Assembly: GCA_009914755.4 (NCBI GenBank) | Contig: CP086569.2 | Span: 2,464,001 to 2,528,000 of the forward strand | Source: the human T2T-CHM13v2.0 reference genome, Homo sapiens | Reading direction: 5' to 3' | DNA length: 64,000 nt | In this document: positions 1 through 12,666 of the stretch, piece after piece | Layout: every line of letters begins with the position of its first letter | Position numbering within the stretch: the first letter of the stretch is position 1 | The notes under the pieces: model-generated | Databases searched by the model: none | Seen by the model: only the letters and a program-made list of their open reading frames with translations | Told to the model about the DNA's origin: nothing | Program-made: the position numbers and the translations under genes

Positions 1-443
1 TCTGCGGGAAGCAAACTGCAATTCTTCGGCAGCATCTTCGCCTTCCGACGAGGTCGATACTTATAATTCGGGTATTTCTCTCTGTGCATGGCCTGTAATT
101 TCTGTGCCTCCTGGAAGAATGGCCATTTTTCGGCTTCAGTAAGCATTTTCCACTGGTATCCCAGCTGCTTGCTGATCTCTGAGTTTCGCATTCTGGGATT
201 CTCTAGAGCCATCTTGCGCCTCTGATCGCGAGACCACACGATGAATGCGTTCATGGGTCGCTTCACTCTATCCTGGACGTTGCCTTTACTGTTTTCTCCC
301 GTTTCACACTGATACTTAGAGTTACAGCTTTCAGTGCAAAGGAAGGAAGAGCTTCTCCGGAGAGCGGGAATATTCTCTTGCACAGCTGGACTGTAATCAT
401 CGCTGTTGAATACGCTTAACATAGCAGAAGCATATGATTGCAT
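1..443 (-). CDS. SRY: SRY coding sequence, 5' portion (codons 1-147 of 204 plus 2 nt; HMG box complete). The CDS continues beyond the left window edge.
   Basis: Reverse-complement translation starting at ATG (rc of CAT at 441-443) gives [148 protein letters not shown] with no stop. This matches human SRY as I recall it residue for residue. It is intronless, as SRY is. Confidence 0.97.
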   Translation of the reverse strand, partial: MQSYASAMLSVFNSDDYSPAVQENIPALRRSSSFLCTESCNSKYQCETGENSKGNVQDRVKRPMNAFIVWSRDQRRKMALENPRMRNSEISKQLGYQWKMLTEAEKWPFFQEAQKLQAMHREKYPNYKYRPRRKAKMLPKNCSLLPA

Positions 444-800
444 TGTCAAAAACAAGGAGAGTGCGACAAAATTGAAAGGTGCCAGAGTTCGAAACTTATT
501 TTACTATCCAAAACTCACTTCTACCAGATTCTTTGTTACGTTAACTTTTGTAATGAAACTTGCATTTCTCCGCCCTCAACACCCCCTCAACCCCGCCCAA
601 CCAGCCTACCCCCTAGTACCCTGACAATGTATTCATTCTCAAGCAAAACATGGTAATTCAGTAACGTTGACTACTTGCCCTGCTGATCTGCCTCCCTGAC
701 TGCTCTACTGCTGTCCTGAAAAATGCGAATTTGACTTAATCGCCAATTTTTTCATTGACCTTTTATGTCACAAAACGAGAGGACACAAAAAGCTATATGA
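444..800 (-). promoter_or_regulatory. SRY: SRY 5'UTR and TATA-less core promoter: two GC boxes (minus-strand GGGCGGAG at about 568-576, GGGCGGGG at about 590-598), a GAGGGGGTG EGR/WT1-like motif between them, and an AAGGTCA nuclear-receptor half-site (minus strand, about 756-762).
   Basis: Motifs read directly from the sequence upstream of the ATG on the minus strand. Published work describes the human SRY promoter as GC-rich and Sp1-, WT1- and SF-1-responsive. The exact TSS cannot be fixed from sequence alone; it is reported roughly 90-150 nt upstream of the ATG. Confidence 0.55.
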
Positions 801-2599
801 ATTGTTTATCATTATCAATATATGTGTATGTTATCTTTAAAAAAACAAAGCTTAATGAGAACCTAATTGTCTTAACCACACACATACATACATAACTGCA
901 TATTGAATTTATAGTAATTATTATCGCTTTTTCTTCACTTCTATTTAAAAATTGAAAATTCTATACACATTTTTCACAGGCATTAAGTATCAGAATATTA
1001 GCATATACTTACAAGTATTTTATGCCCAACTTCTAGGATGGCTAACATTTGACTTTTAGAAAAGTAATTGTTTCGTTTAGAGAAAAAAAAATATGACCTA
1101 AGAACTCAAAACAGTTTCAGTGAAGTGTTAAGCTACACTAAAAAGGGGACACAATTCTTTTCTTTGCAGATTGTATAGTGGGATATTTTGAAGTCATTCT
1201 CTTCACTGTCACACAATTAGCAATTTAAAAAACAATCTTTTACAAGTCTAAATTAAATTTCCATTCACAACAAATAGAGCCATCAATTTATCATATTTCA
1301 CCTTTTAGTTCAACCTCCTTCAAAATTTAAAGGTCACAGTTTACCAGACTAAACAAGTGAATAACTCTCCTCAATAAATCTTAAAGTCTGAAGAGAAATG
1401 ACAAGATTTCTTTGCTGAAATAAAATGGGAGGAAAGTCCCCCCACTCACCAATGTTTTAATGCCATATTTGCAAAACAGGAGTAACAACTACAGGTTGCA
1501 TAGTACACAGAACCTATTAATAAAAATAAACTCTCAGCAAAACTGAATGATGCCACAATTCCTAAGACAACAAAATAAAAATCCCGTAAAATATGAAAAG
1601 AGTTCATAGAACCAAATGTGGTTGGTTTGTCCAGTAAATGTTATAATGAATTAATATCAGAAACTTTAAAAAATTATATTCCATGAAAAGAAAAATATGA
1701 AAACTGTAATTTGTATCCTAGTTATCTACTAAAGTTTAGTATCTAAGATACAAAATTTAGTATTCATTATACAAAGTGGAAATATAGTTGGCTCAAGTTA
1801 AAACATGTATCTGGATAGCAAATAAAATGGTTAAATTGCAGTCATACACAGAAACAGATTTTCTACAACAGGAAATCCCTTACAAGATGAGAAAAAACAT
1901 ACCATTTCAAAACCTGACATGAAAATAGCAAAAAATGACACAAGGCACCACATAGGTGAACCTTGAAAATGTTACACTGTGTGAAAAAGTCAGATACAAG
2001 AGGCCAGATACTGAATGATCCCATGTATATGAAATATCCAGGAAAGGCAAATGAATAGAGACTAAAACCAGATTAATGGTTGCTAAGGACTGGATGAAAG
2101 AGGTTGTGGGGAGTTACTGCTGGTGGATGCACGGTTTCTTTTGAGGATTGATAAAATATGCTCTGGAACTAGAGAGAGGTGATGGCTGCACAACATGGTG
2201 AACCAAAGAGTCAGAGAAACTGAAGTCCAAATAAGGAGTTTGTTGGCAGTTTTAGAACTGTAATTAGAGAAACAGATTCCAGAAGCATCTGACATTGTGT
2301 CGTGACCGGCTGTTTTGAGAGACAGTTTTTAAAGGAAATAAGAGAAAGTTGGTACTCATTAGGTTACTTACAACCTATTATCTTAATTGGTAATGAAGGG
2401 TTATCTTAACAGTTCATGAGTTTCTACGCAAAAGTCCTTGAATCAGTGGTTTGGGTAAAAAGTCAGTTTTCACTATGAAGTCTTTTAATAAGTGGCAGCA
2501 ATTTTTGTCTGCAGAATCTGCAAGTACATTTTGCAGTCAGGCAGTTGCAAGATGGGTTTCAAAAACAAAATGTTGTTGCTATGGTTAGGTCTTGTTGCC

Positions 2600-3300
2600 T
2601 TCGTTCCCCGGTACTACTGAATCGTCCAGTTTAAGAGGGATAAAGTGGCGTCGCACAGGAGCGAGGATGGAGAGCGGCGACTAGGCGGCTATGGAGAGGT
2701 ACAGCGTCCAGTTGCGCCCAGCCACACTGCAGGACGCCGCCCCCGCCACACTACACCTGATACCCTGCGGCCCACCACGGTGTGGCGCTTCATCACGCCT
2801 GCCATCCGCCAGGGCCCCGAGGGACTCTTAAGTGTAGTTTCGGGGCCGCAGTCTACGGGGCGACGAGGTGGCAGTGCCGTCCGGCCTCGTGGGATACGTG
2901 ATGGTGACTGAACAGGAGGAGGTGTCGATGGGGAAGCCAGACCCCTGGCGGGGTTCCGGGAGTGACAACCAAGAAGAGGAACCTCTGGAGCGGGACTTTG
3001 ACCGCTTCCTCGGAACCACTACCAGCTTCAGCCGCTTCACCCTGTAGGGCATGGGGCTTCACCCTGTGGGGCACCCTGTGGGGCTTCCTTGGCCCGGAAG
3101 CCAAACTGCGTGGGGCCTTAACTTGGCCCAGCCTCGCGGCAACGATTCACGCGCAGGTGCCCAAGGACACAGAACCAGAGCTTGAAATTCAAAGCCGCGA
3201 ACCCTTTACAGCAGTAAACCAGCTCCTTACTTTGTAGCCACTGGTTCCATCACCCCAGTAAAGGAGTTCTTCACAGCACACATTCACAAAAGATAAAGTG
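2600..3300 (+). pseudogene. RNASEH2CP1: Processed (intronless) pseudogene of RNASEH2C. The ATG-equivalent is at 2667-2669, with a premature TAG at codon 6, at least two frameshifts, a small deletion and local tandem duplications of ttcaccctgtgggg.
   Basis: The three plus-strand frames together spell RNASEH2C segments: MESGD*AAMER..., [73 protein letters not shown], and WG...[26 protein letters not shown]. These correspond to recalled RNASEH2C ([42 protein letters not shown]...[60 protein letters not shown]). The parent gene has introns and this copy is contiguous. The block is GC- and CpG-rich (about 2590-3240). The gene symbol is from memory of the Y annotation. Confidence 0.85.
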
Positions 3301-6300
3301 GTGAATTTTATATTCTTATATACATATGTCCAACCATCTATATGTTTTTAAGAAGGCAAAAAAGACCTCCCAGATGCATATATTACAGGACGGGGTGTGT
3401 GAGGAGACTCACTTGGGGGTGGCAGTCAACAAAATTTAAATAAAGACACGAGATTTTATTATTTTTCTGTCTACAGCTCCTAGGATAGTGTGTGACATGT
3501 AGTAGGTTCTCAGTATACTTCTCTGGTACTTAAATTAATGAAATGTGTAAACATGCCTCTGGGTTCAGAAAAACAAACTCAACCACTTAAAAAAAAAAAA
3601 AGGAAAAAAGTGTTGGTTCTCCTGTAAAGTAATAAACCTACATGCAAAAATAAGGATGCAGGGGGAGGCCGAGAGCATTAAATTTGCCTCTATAATATCA
3701 TATCAACACATTTTAATCTCTCAACCAGGGCTAATAATTCACTCACTGTCTCCAGGGGACTACATTAACAGTTCTTCCAATATTGGGCCTTTATATCATC
3801 AGCTAACCATATGCTTCCCTGAGCGCCTGAGTGATCCCAGTTTCTGGAACACTATTCCTTTCTCTCAAATTCAGTAAATAAAAAGTTAAAGCGCTATATT
3901 GTTTTATATGAGTACGACCTTTAAGATTCACTGATGACTATTTCTCAACAGTTGTTAAATATTTTTACATCAGTCAGGCCCACAAGCAATGTTAACTGGT
4001 AGGAAGTTAGCTGGTCCTGTCAATGTTAAATCCAAACGGGCTTAACCAACAGCAAAAGTTGCCAAACTAAGGGATTTTTTTTTGTTTTTTTAATCTTAAG
4101 GTATGGTAAGAAAAATGTTCAAAGACATTAGATTCAAATAATTTCACACAGATCCTGGTTCATTTTTATATCAGAATAAAAATGAAATGAATAATGAAAT
4201 AAAAATGAAAACTGAAGAATAGTAACTTAGATTGGTCCAATGCAATTAATTGCATTTGAGGTACATTAAGGTATTTTATGCTCATTAGTTAAATACCCTT
4301 TGTAGCCCTAATTTAATTGCTATGGTGTATGCAAACACAGTTTACCACTGCATAAAGAATAAAACCCACAACATTTTATATGAATTTATTTATTTTTTCT
4401 CCTCACAAGATGTACTTTGGTATTTCTTCAAATTCAGGGATGAATGCAGCAAAAATGTTGTGAATATTACTCCACTCATTCTCTCTAATTTTATCTCAAG
4501 ATATTCCCATCAAAGTAGAAATATATGTGGTCATAAACCATCCCCCATAAATTGTATACTAGACAGAGTTGACTATTCTAAGTCAACTTATGTGTTCATT
4601 TATCCTGCAGCTTGGCTATAGGCTGTTTTTTGAAGTCTAATGGTTGGCAGGTCACCAAAGACACAAACAACAAAAGAAAAGGTAAATAAAATGCACAAGA
4701 GCAAAATTTAAAACTTTTGTGAAAGGACACTTACAAATAAAAAGGTGTAATAGAGTAACACTAAACTTAGGATTTTTAGACTTGTGATTATTTTTGGGAC
4801 TTTAGAGTCAAATGTCCTTTCAAGATGTTGGGTTTGTTTTGTTTGCATGTTTTTTATTTTAACCATGCTAAATTCATGGGCCATATTTTCAACATCTAAT
4901 TCTCAAAAAGTTAGAATAGTCTTCTGATTTGGTAGGTAGAAGTTAATGCTCACTTTAATTGCTAGGTTCTACTGTTTCAAGACTTAATCAGATAAATCAC
5001 CTAGCAACTGATGCATTTAAACATGATCAATTTTACTGGCATCTTTTTTTCCCAGGGATAATCTAATTATTTGCCAGTGGGAGGATGAAGTAGGGTGCAG
5101 TGGGAAATAGAATGATCTCCTACCTGAGCCGAAGAACCTTACAAATGCATATCTACTACATGTAAATTAAACTATAAGTAAACAAAATAGTTTACAACTT
5201 TAAAATAATGCTGCCTGTTTTTTTCTCTAACTTCACCTGAATTATTTTTCTTTTACTTTATTATTTTGATTTTTTCAAAGTATAGGAAATTGCCTGTAAA
5301 AACAAGGTTTCATACTTGGGAAGAAATTTCTCATAGAGTGAAGCATTTTTTTTTTTTTTCAAATCAGTTGTAACTAACCGTCTTAAAATCACATTGTGGC
5401 TATCCATGCCTGAAATATGTAAACAGAAAACAGATGACATCCACAATTTTCCTTTCTTCCTTAAAACAAAGAGGTAACTTCACTCTTTCATTTACCTTCT
5501 GATGCACAAGTATGAGCTTCTCTTTTTAGTTCTTCTAATCAGCTTAGATACTACATGTTATAGCTTGTTTCTCTCCATAAAATGAAGGTCACTTTTGATC
5601 TTTTCCAGGGTCTTCCTTCAGTTCCTTTTTGTCCAAGGCTAACTACACTCCTCTTTGTCTAGTGAGCCAGCAGCTGTTTGACCAAGAACCATTTTAGGAA
5701 ACAGTTTTTAAAGATACCTCATGGAAGCATTCTGTTGTACCCTTCCGTACATTATTTTTTCTCAGTCTGTTGCATTAAGATTAGAGACTGCTTTCTTTTT
5801 ATTAATGTTTTGAAATATTTTGTTTAGTGTCCAAAGGCTTGGTCAAATCATGAATAGTTCTATTTTTCTTCTGAAAAATATTGTTCCTTTAGTGATTTAT
5901 AGTTAAGAGATATTATCCTTTAGCTGTCATACATTTCAAAAATACTTTCCTGATTTTGGACTTAAAATTGCATTTATCCTTTTTATCTTAACCTTCAAAA
6001 CAATAATATAACAATGATTATTATAATTTGTGCCCGTTTTTGCCTTCTTTGAATGACGATGGCTTTAGTATCTTACTGCTAAAAAATGTTGCTTGTTTGT
6101 AAAATAGCCTTTATGCAGAAACCTGCAGCAAGTATCCAATAACCACAACAGGAAAAATCTGAGGAATTCCGGGCTTTTCAAATTTTTGTATTACCTAGCA
6201 ATTATATGTTATTTGAAATTTGATTAGAAAAAGGCTAAAACAATTGTTTGAGTCTGGTAATTAAAAAGTGGTAAGTCTTTGTCTGATCTATGATGGTTAG

Positions 6301-7089
6301 TAGTTTGTATTTTGTGGTAAAAACAATACTTACTTTCCATTTTCAAATAATTTTAATTGTTATAAGTTATTATAAGCGTCTTGTAATTAGTTTTTACTGC
6401 CTCTCTCATAGCTTTGGTTATATCTAATTTCTCATTTATAATATCACTTACATTTGCTTTATTATATTTGTATTTAATCTATACCAGCAAGAGGGCACTT
6501 AATATTGCAAGCTTTTAAAAGAAATAGGGCTTCTTCTTTTGCTAATCCTCTTTGTAATTCCTTTTGGCTTTTTGGGAGAAGTTATTTCTACTCAAACCTT
6601 GTTCAGGTCACAAAGAAGCTACAGATGAAGAACACGAAAAAATTGTTGGTTAAAATAAAACTATAACTAGGCTTATTTACGGTGAGTAATTTCTTTTCAT
6701 GCTCCATTTAAATGTTTTTACCCTAAAGTAATGATGTAGGAGAAGTCTAAAGCAATGGTATTAATATACAAGTCCCAGTGAAAATGTGATTCATGAAACT
6801 CTTTGTTATTTTTGGCTGCATGTACATTGTTACGATTGTGATGTGAGATGAACATTTTGCATCTTTCAAAATCTTACATTAGTAGGGAGTTGCCCCCAAC
6901 CTAGGAGAGAGAAAAAGTAATATATTTTTCTCACCTGTCAACAAAGCCAATAGGTGACACACTATGATGAAAGACAGATAAACGAGAATAACACTCATAT
7001 TTATTTAGTAAATGTTTTACATGACATGAGAACCTTCAAAAATGAAGACCCAAAGAAACAGAAAGCTATGTGTTTTTGTTTGTTTGTAT

Positions 7090-7160
7090 GTTTTTTTGAG
7101 GCAGAGTTTCGCTCTTTTTGCCCAGGCTGGAGTGCAATGGTGTGATCTCGGCTCACTGCC
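7090..7160 (-). mobile_element. Alu fragment (about 65 bp, antisense 3' portion)
   Basis: gagtttcgctctttttgcccaggctggagtgcaatggtgtgatctcggctcactgc, then non-Alu sequence. Confidence 0.6.
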
Positions 7161-8484
7161 GAGTGGTCTTGGGTGTCCACTAGACAGGTAGATATTTGCA
7201 TCGCAATCTCCCATATCCATGGCATATATCTTGGGGAAGAAAGAATACATGCTCAGGAAGGAATGTGTAGTTAGCTGCAGGCATGACAGCCTATAATTTC
7301 TACAACAACAGGGGTTATTTGGGAGGAAACTTAACAATTAATAGATATTTCTACATAAAGAGTAATACAAAAACTAGACATTTTGGAGGTTATTTCTAGA
7401 CTCAATGTTAGCCAGATTCAGATTTTAAACTAAAGTAATTCTTGTCCCCACACTCTACCTCTAATTCAGCTGTTCCAATGTCATGTGCTGACCTCTTCTG
7501 AGATGGTCCCTGAGACTTTAGAAGGAGGCATCCAGTGCCGGACATTGTATTAATAAATTTATGTTCTAGTTTCAAGAAAAGGCCACAATGGCAATGTAAA
7601 CAATAACAAGAATTATTAACTGCTTTTGCCATTGTAAGCCCCCAGAACTAAACCAAAGAGAAAGCCAGTGGGATAAAGGGAGGGTAGGGTCAAACATTGC
7701 AGTTATCTGGCTTTTCATGTCTTGCAGGGCTACCATTATGTTGTCAGAATTATCTAGAATATATAAACAGCATTCAGTTATAATAACCTGTTGCACTGGT
7801 TCTCTATTGTGCAGCAATTAAGATATCCAGTGCTGTGCAATTTCACCAAACAGTGTATACATGAGGTATATTTCAGAGTTCTTTCAAGAAATACTTTGGA
7901 AACTTTCATTGAGAGCCTGCTGAATATTCTTAGTGAGAGCTTCTACATGCCATTAATAGGTAATGTCTTTAATGCCCAAAGATGGTGCTAAATGATCATT
8001 CCAATGAAAAATAGCTCTTGTCTAGCTATTAATCACATGTAGGAGATTAGCAGGTCTGCCAACTAAATTTGTCCATCATCCTTGGACCCATGGAGAACCT
8101 AAAGTGCAGCATTCTAGCCAACCTTGTGGTACCCAAGGACAGAGATTAGAGCCACTCATGTAATCATTCACTACCATTTGGAGCACACCAGTTTAAGCTG
8201 GATCATCAGGACCGGTCTGTAGCAAGTGAGTGCATGGCCTGCAGGATTATAATGTATTGACGCTACTCCCAGAGTAAGGGTGGGTTATGAGTCATGGGTG
8301 TGGTTCCCTTATTATTAACATAGGGGCACCAACTGAGTTAAGTGCCCTGCAGTTGGTGTCACCCGAATTTGAAGAAAACTCTCTTTATGGCAAGACTTAC
8401 GAGATTTCATAACAAAAACCATTACTTTTGAATTTTAGAATATAGGGTAGGATAGGCTAGCTATTACGCTTTTTTTATTATTGT

Positions 8485-8795
8485 TTATTTATTTATTTAT
8501 TTATTTATTTTTTTTGAGACAAAGTCTCGCTCTGTTGCCAGGCTGGGGTGCAGCGGCGCAATCTCAGCTTACTGCAACCTCTGCCTCATGAGTTCAAATG
8601 ATTCTTCTGCCTCAGCCTCCCGAGTAACTGGGATTACAGGCACATGTCACCACGCCCAGCTAATTTTTTGTATTTTTAGTAGAGACCCAGTTTCACCATG
8701 TTGGCCAGGATGGTCTCAATCTCTTCACCCTGTGATCCGCTCGCCTTGACCTCTCGAAGGGCTGGGATTACAGGTGTGACCCACAGCACCCAGCC
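8485..8795 (-). mobile_element. Alu (full length, antisense) with a (TTTA)n tail
   Basis: (ttta)n at about 8485-8510, then tttttgagacaaagtctcgctctgttgcc...gctgggattacaggtgtgacccacagcacccagcc. Confidence 0.9.
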
Positions 8796-9660
8796 TATTA
8801 TACATTCTTGTGTGGCATTTACTGAAATGAGTCTTATCAGTAGGTCAATTAATCACATCATCCCCTGTCATACCAGCTAATGTGCTGTTCTAATGTTGAA
8901 GAGCTTTAATGAATGCTTTTTAAGTGTTGCCAGTCGTTTTCCTGCATAGACGATGCCCACCAAGGCAGACGAGAAGTGTTGAGAAGGGTAACAAAATGCA
9001 AACCCAGCAGGCCTCTTCTGTAAGTTGTCAGCATAATGTTGAGCCCTCTGTAGGAAGAGGTTCATTTTTCCTTTCATAGGTCAGAGAAGAAGAACAGAAG
9101 ATTATGGGCCGAAATAGCAGTGTTTTGTAGGTACTTGGCAGAGCAGTTCTTTCCCATCAAACAAAATGACAGTGGAACTTTTATCTCAGTCATTATTAGA
9201 ATATTGGCAGCCTGAGGATTATGGGCTGGGAGTACATACCAAGCATTTTGCCTGAGGGGTGAAGTTATCTATAAGCAACATCAAACAACCGTATTAAACA
9301 GCTGACCAAAGGGGCTGTATTCTGGTGTCCTGGTATGTGGAACGTTTTGGCCCAAACTCCAACAGGATCAATAGAGGGCACTGTAGCTGCCCAGGGGATT
9401 CCTTACTTTCTGACAAGAAATACCCTATCTAATCTGTGGGAAGTTGCCAGTCCAGTCCATATTCAATTGTCCTATCTCTTGGCTGAAGATCTTGGGGAAT
9501 GCTGAATAACATTTGCCATTGATCTTTTACCAGCTCTGGTAGAAATATGTCTCCTCGGATCTTTTTCACAACTATGGTTGATGAACTTTTTTCTGGGGTG
9601 GTCCCAAGTCATGGGTATGGTGCCAGCTCTGTGTTTGTTTTGACTGAATTAAGATTTCTC

Positions 9661-9959
9661 AGCTGGGCACCGTGGCTCACACATGTAATCCCAGCACTTT
9701 GAGAGGCCGAGGCTAGCAGATCACCTGAAGTCAGGAGGTCAAGACCAGCCTGGCCAACAGGGTGAAACCCGGTCTCTAAAAATACACAAATTAGCCGGGT
9801 GTGGTGGCATGCGCCTGTAATTCCAGCCACTGAGGGATTACACAGAAGCGGGAGAATTGCTTGAACCTGGGCAGAGGTTGCACTAAGCCAAGATCATGCC
9901 ATTACACTCTAGCCTGGGAGACAGAGCAAGACTCCATCTCAAAAAAAAAAAAAAAAAAA
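9661..9959 (+). mobile_element. Alu (sense) with an A20 tail; TSD agatttctc
   Basis: agctgggcaccgtggctcacacatgtaatcccagcactttgagaggccgagg...ctccatctcaaaaaaaaaaaaaaaaaaag; flanking direct repeat gatttctc on both sides. Confidence 0.92.
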
Positions 9960-10066
9960 GATTTCTCATGACCTGAGGCAAAACCATCAGCTACCCAAGC
10001 AAGGTATCGGATTGCATCACTGTTTGCAGTTGTAACTTCAAAATGGCATTATTTTCTTTTTCTCGC

Positions 10067-10347
10067 TTTTTTTTTTTTCTAGTGAGACAGGGTCTCACTC
10101 TGTCACACAGGCTGGAGTGCAGGCTCACCTCAACCTTGACCTTCTGGGCTCAGGCAATCCTCTCATCTCAGCTTCCCAAGCAGCTGGGTTCACAGGCTCT
10201 GCCTACGATGCCTGGCTAGTTTTTGTATTTTCTGTAGAGACAGCATTGCAGTATGTTACCCAGACTAATCTTAAATTCCTGAGCTTAAGCAATCCGCCTG
10301 GCCTCCCAAAGTGCTGGGAATACAGATATGAGCCACCACGCCCGACC
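10067..10347 (-). mobile_element. Alu (antisense, older and diverged, small internal deletion)
   Basis: polyT then gagacagggtctcactctgtcacacaggctggagtgcagg...ctcccaaagtgctgggaatacagatatgagccaccacgcccgacc. Confidence 0.85.
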
Positions 10348-10423
10348 TTCTAAAGTAAAAAGAGTTACAGTGAGCTAAGATTAATTTGTTGTTGATTAAC
10401 AATTACATTTAATGACTGGGCCC

Positions 10424-10718
<295 letters not shown>

Positions 10719-11233
10719 TTAGTGTAGCCTAAGTGTTTGTGAAGCATACAGTATTACACAGTAGGGTCCTGGGCCTTCACCTTCACTCACTACTCACTCA
10801 CTGGCTCACCCAGAGCAACGTCCAGCCCGCAAGTGCTAATCATGGCAAGTATCCTACCTGTATAGCTGTATTACTTTTTTTCATGTTTTCTACTATATTT
10901 TTTACTGTATATTTTCCATGTTTACACACAAATACTCACCATTGGGTTACAATTGCCAACTGGATTTCTTGCAGTAACTTGCTCTACAGGTTTGTAGCCT
11001 AGGAGTGCTAGGCTCTACCATACAGCCTAGGTGTGTAATAGGCTACACCCCCTAGGTTTCTGTAAATACACTTTATCATGTGCTTACAATGAGGAAATCA
11101 CCTAATGATGCATTTCTCAGTAGGTATCCCCATTATTGAGTGATTGATGCAGGACTATAGCTTAAATGTGAATTCATTTGAAGTAGTTTGCATGATTAGC
11201 AGTTTGATATCTGGATTGTCTTTTATTCTTGTT

Positions 11234-11274
11234 AACACACACACAAATACACACACACACACACACACACACAC
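11234..11274. repeat. (AC)n microsatellite (interrupted)
   Basis: acacacacaaatacacacacacacacacacacacac. Confidence 0.9.
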
Positions 11275-11300
11275 TCCTGTTAGATAAAAACCTTGTCTCT

Positions 11301-11605
11301 GGCTGAGTGCGGTGGCTCATGCCTGTAATCCCAGCACTTTGGGGGGCCAAGGCAGGGAGATCACAAGGGCAGAAGTTCGAGACCAGCCTGGCCAACATGG
11401 TGAAACCCCGTCTCTACTAAAAATACAAAAATTAGCTGGGCGTGTGTGCACACCTGTAATCCCAGCTATTTGGGAGGCTGAGGCAGAATTGCTTCAACCT
11501 GGGAGGCAGAGGTTACAGTGAACCAAAATTGCACCACTGCATTCCAGTCTGGGTAACAGAGCAAGACTCCATCTCAAAAACACAAAACAAAACAAAACAA
11601 AAAAC
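11301..11605 (+). mobile_element. Alu (sense) with an (AAAAC)n tail; TSD c(t)tgtctct
   Basis: ggctgagtgcggtggctcatgcctgtaatcccagcactttgggggg...gcaagactccatctcaaaaacacaaaacaaaacaaaacaaaaaac. Confidence 0.9.
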
Positions 11606-11937
11606 TGTCTCTGTCTATATTTTGTCTGGGCTCACCTTTTCTTATTTGAGATGCTTATAAATTCATTGTGTGATTTTGTTTTGCTCTGTTGAAAATGTGA
11701 AGATGAATCTCTGAATAAAAACGTTTTATTTGGGAAGTAAGACTTGCAATCTGGTGCCTACATGCAGACAGTGTGGTCATCAGTATGTCTGATGAACAAA
11801 CACAAGCTTTAAGATTTTATAAAAGAAAAAGAGAAATGGTGTATTGTTCCTTGAGAAAGTTCATTGGCACTATTCAGGTTTTGGAGAGCTGGCAAGCAAG
11901 CTGATGGTGGTGCATAAAACTAGTCTTAGATTTTTAG

Positions 11938-12375
<438 letters not shown>

Positions 12376-12666
12376 TGACCCAACTTGTATAATCAACTTT
12401 TACGTTTTTCCATTTTGATAAAGACCTTTCTCTGAAAGCATTGCTGATCAACCATTTTGAAGTTAGGCTTAATTGTCCATTAATATCTGGATGGACCTGT
12501 CCTGGTTGCTTTCAGTCATGTTGAGGGGAACATTATGGAGGTCACATTTGAGGCCAGAAGGGAACATTTTCTCAAGCAAATCTGTCTGGAGTCCAGCATC
12601 AAGTTCTGTCTTATTAGTCGATAAGCATCAGCAACTGTCTCAAAGTGTTGCATTAACTTTATCTTT

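Noticed and set aside
406-656. Two plus-strand ORFs from the track (406-624 and 438-656, 72 aa each, TTG starts)
   Set aside because: They lie antisense to the SRY CDS and 5'UTR and are low-complexity and proline-rich. They have no ATG and no recognisable domain. They are by-products of the SRY reading frame on the opposite strand.
2828-3104. Minus-strand ORFs with an SR-like stretch ([13 protein letters not shown]) and histidine-rich text
   Set aside because: They are the antisense of the GC-rich RNASEH2C retropseudogene. They are GC-composition artefacts and have no support as genes.
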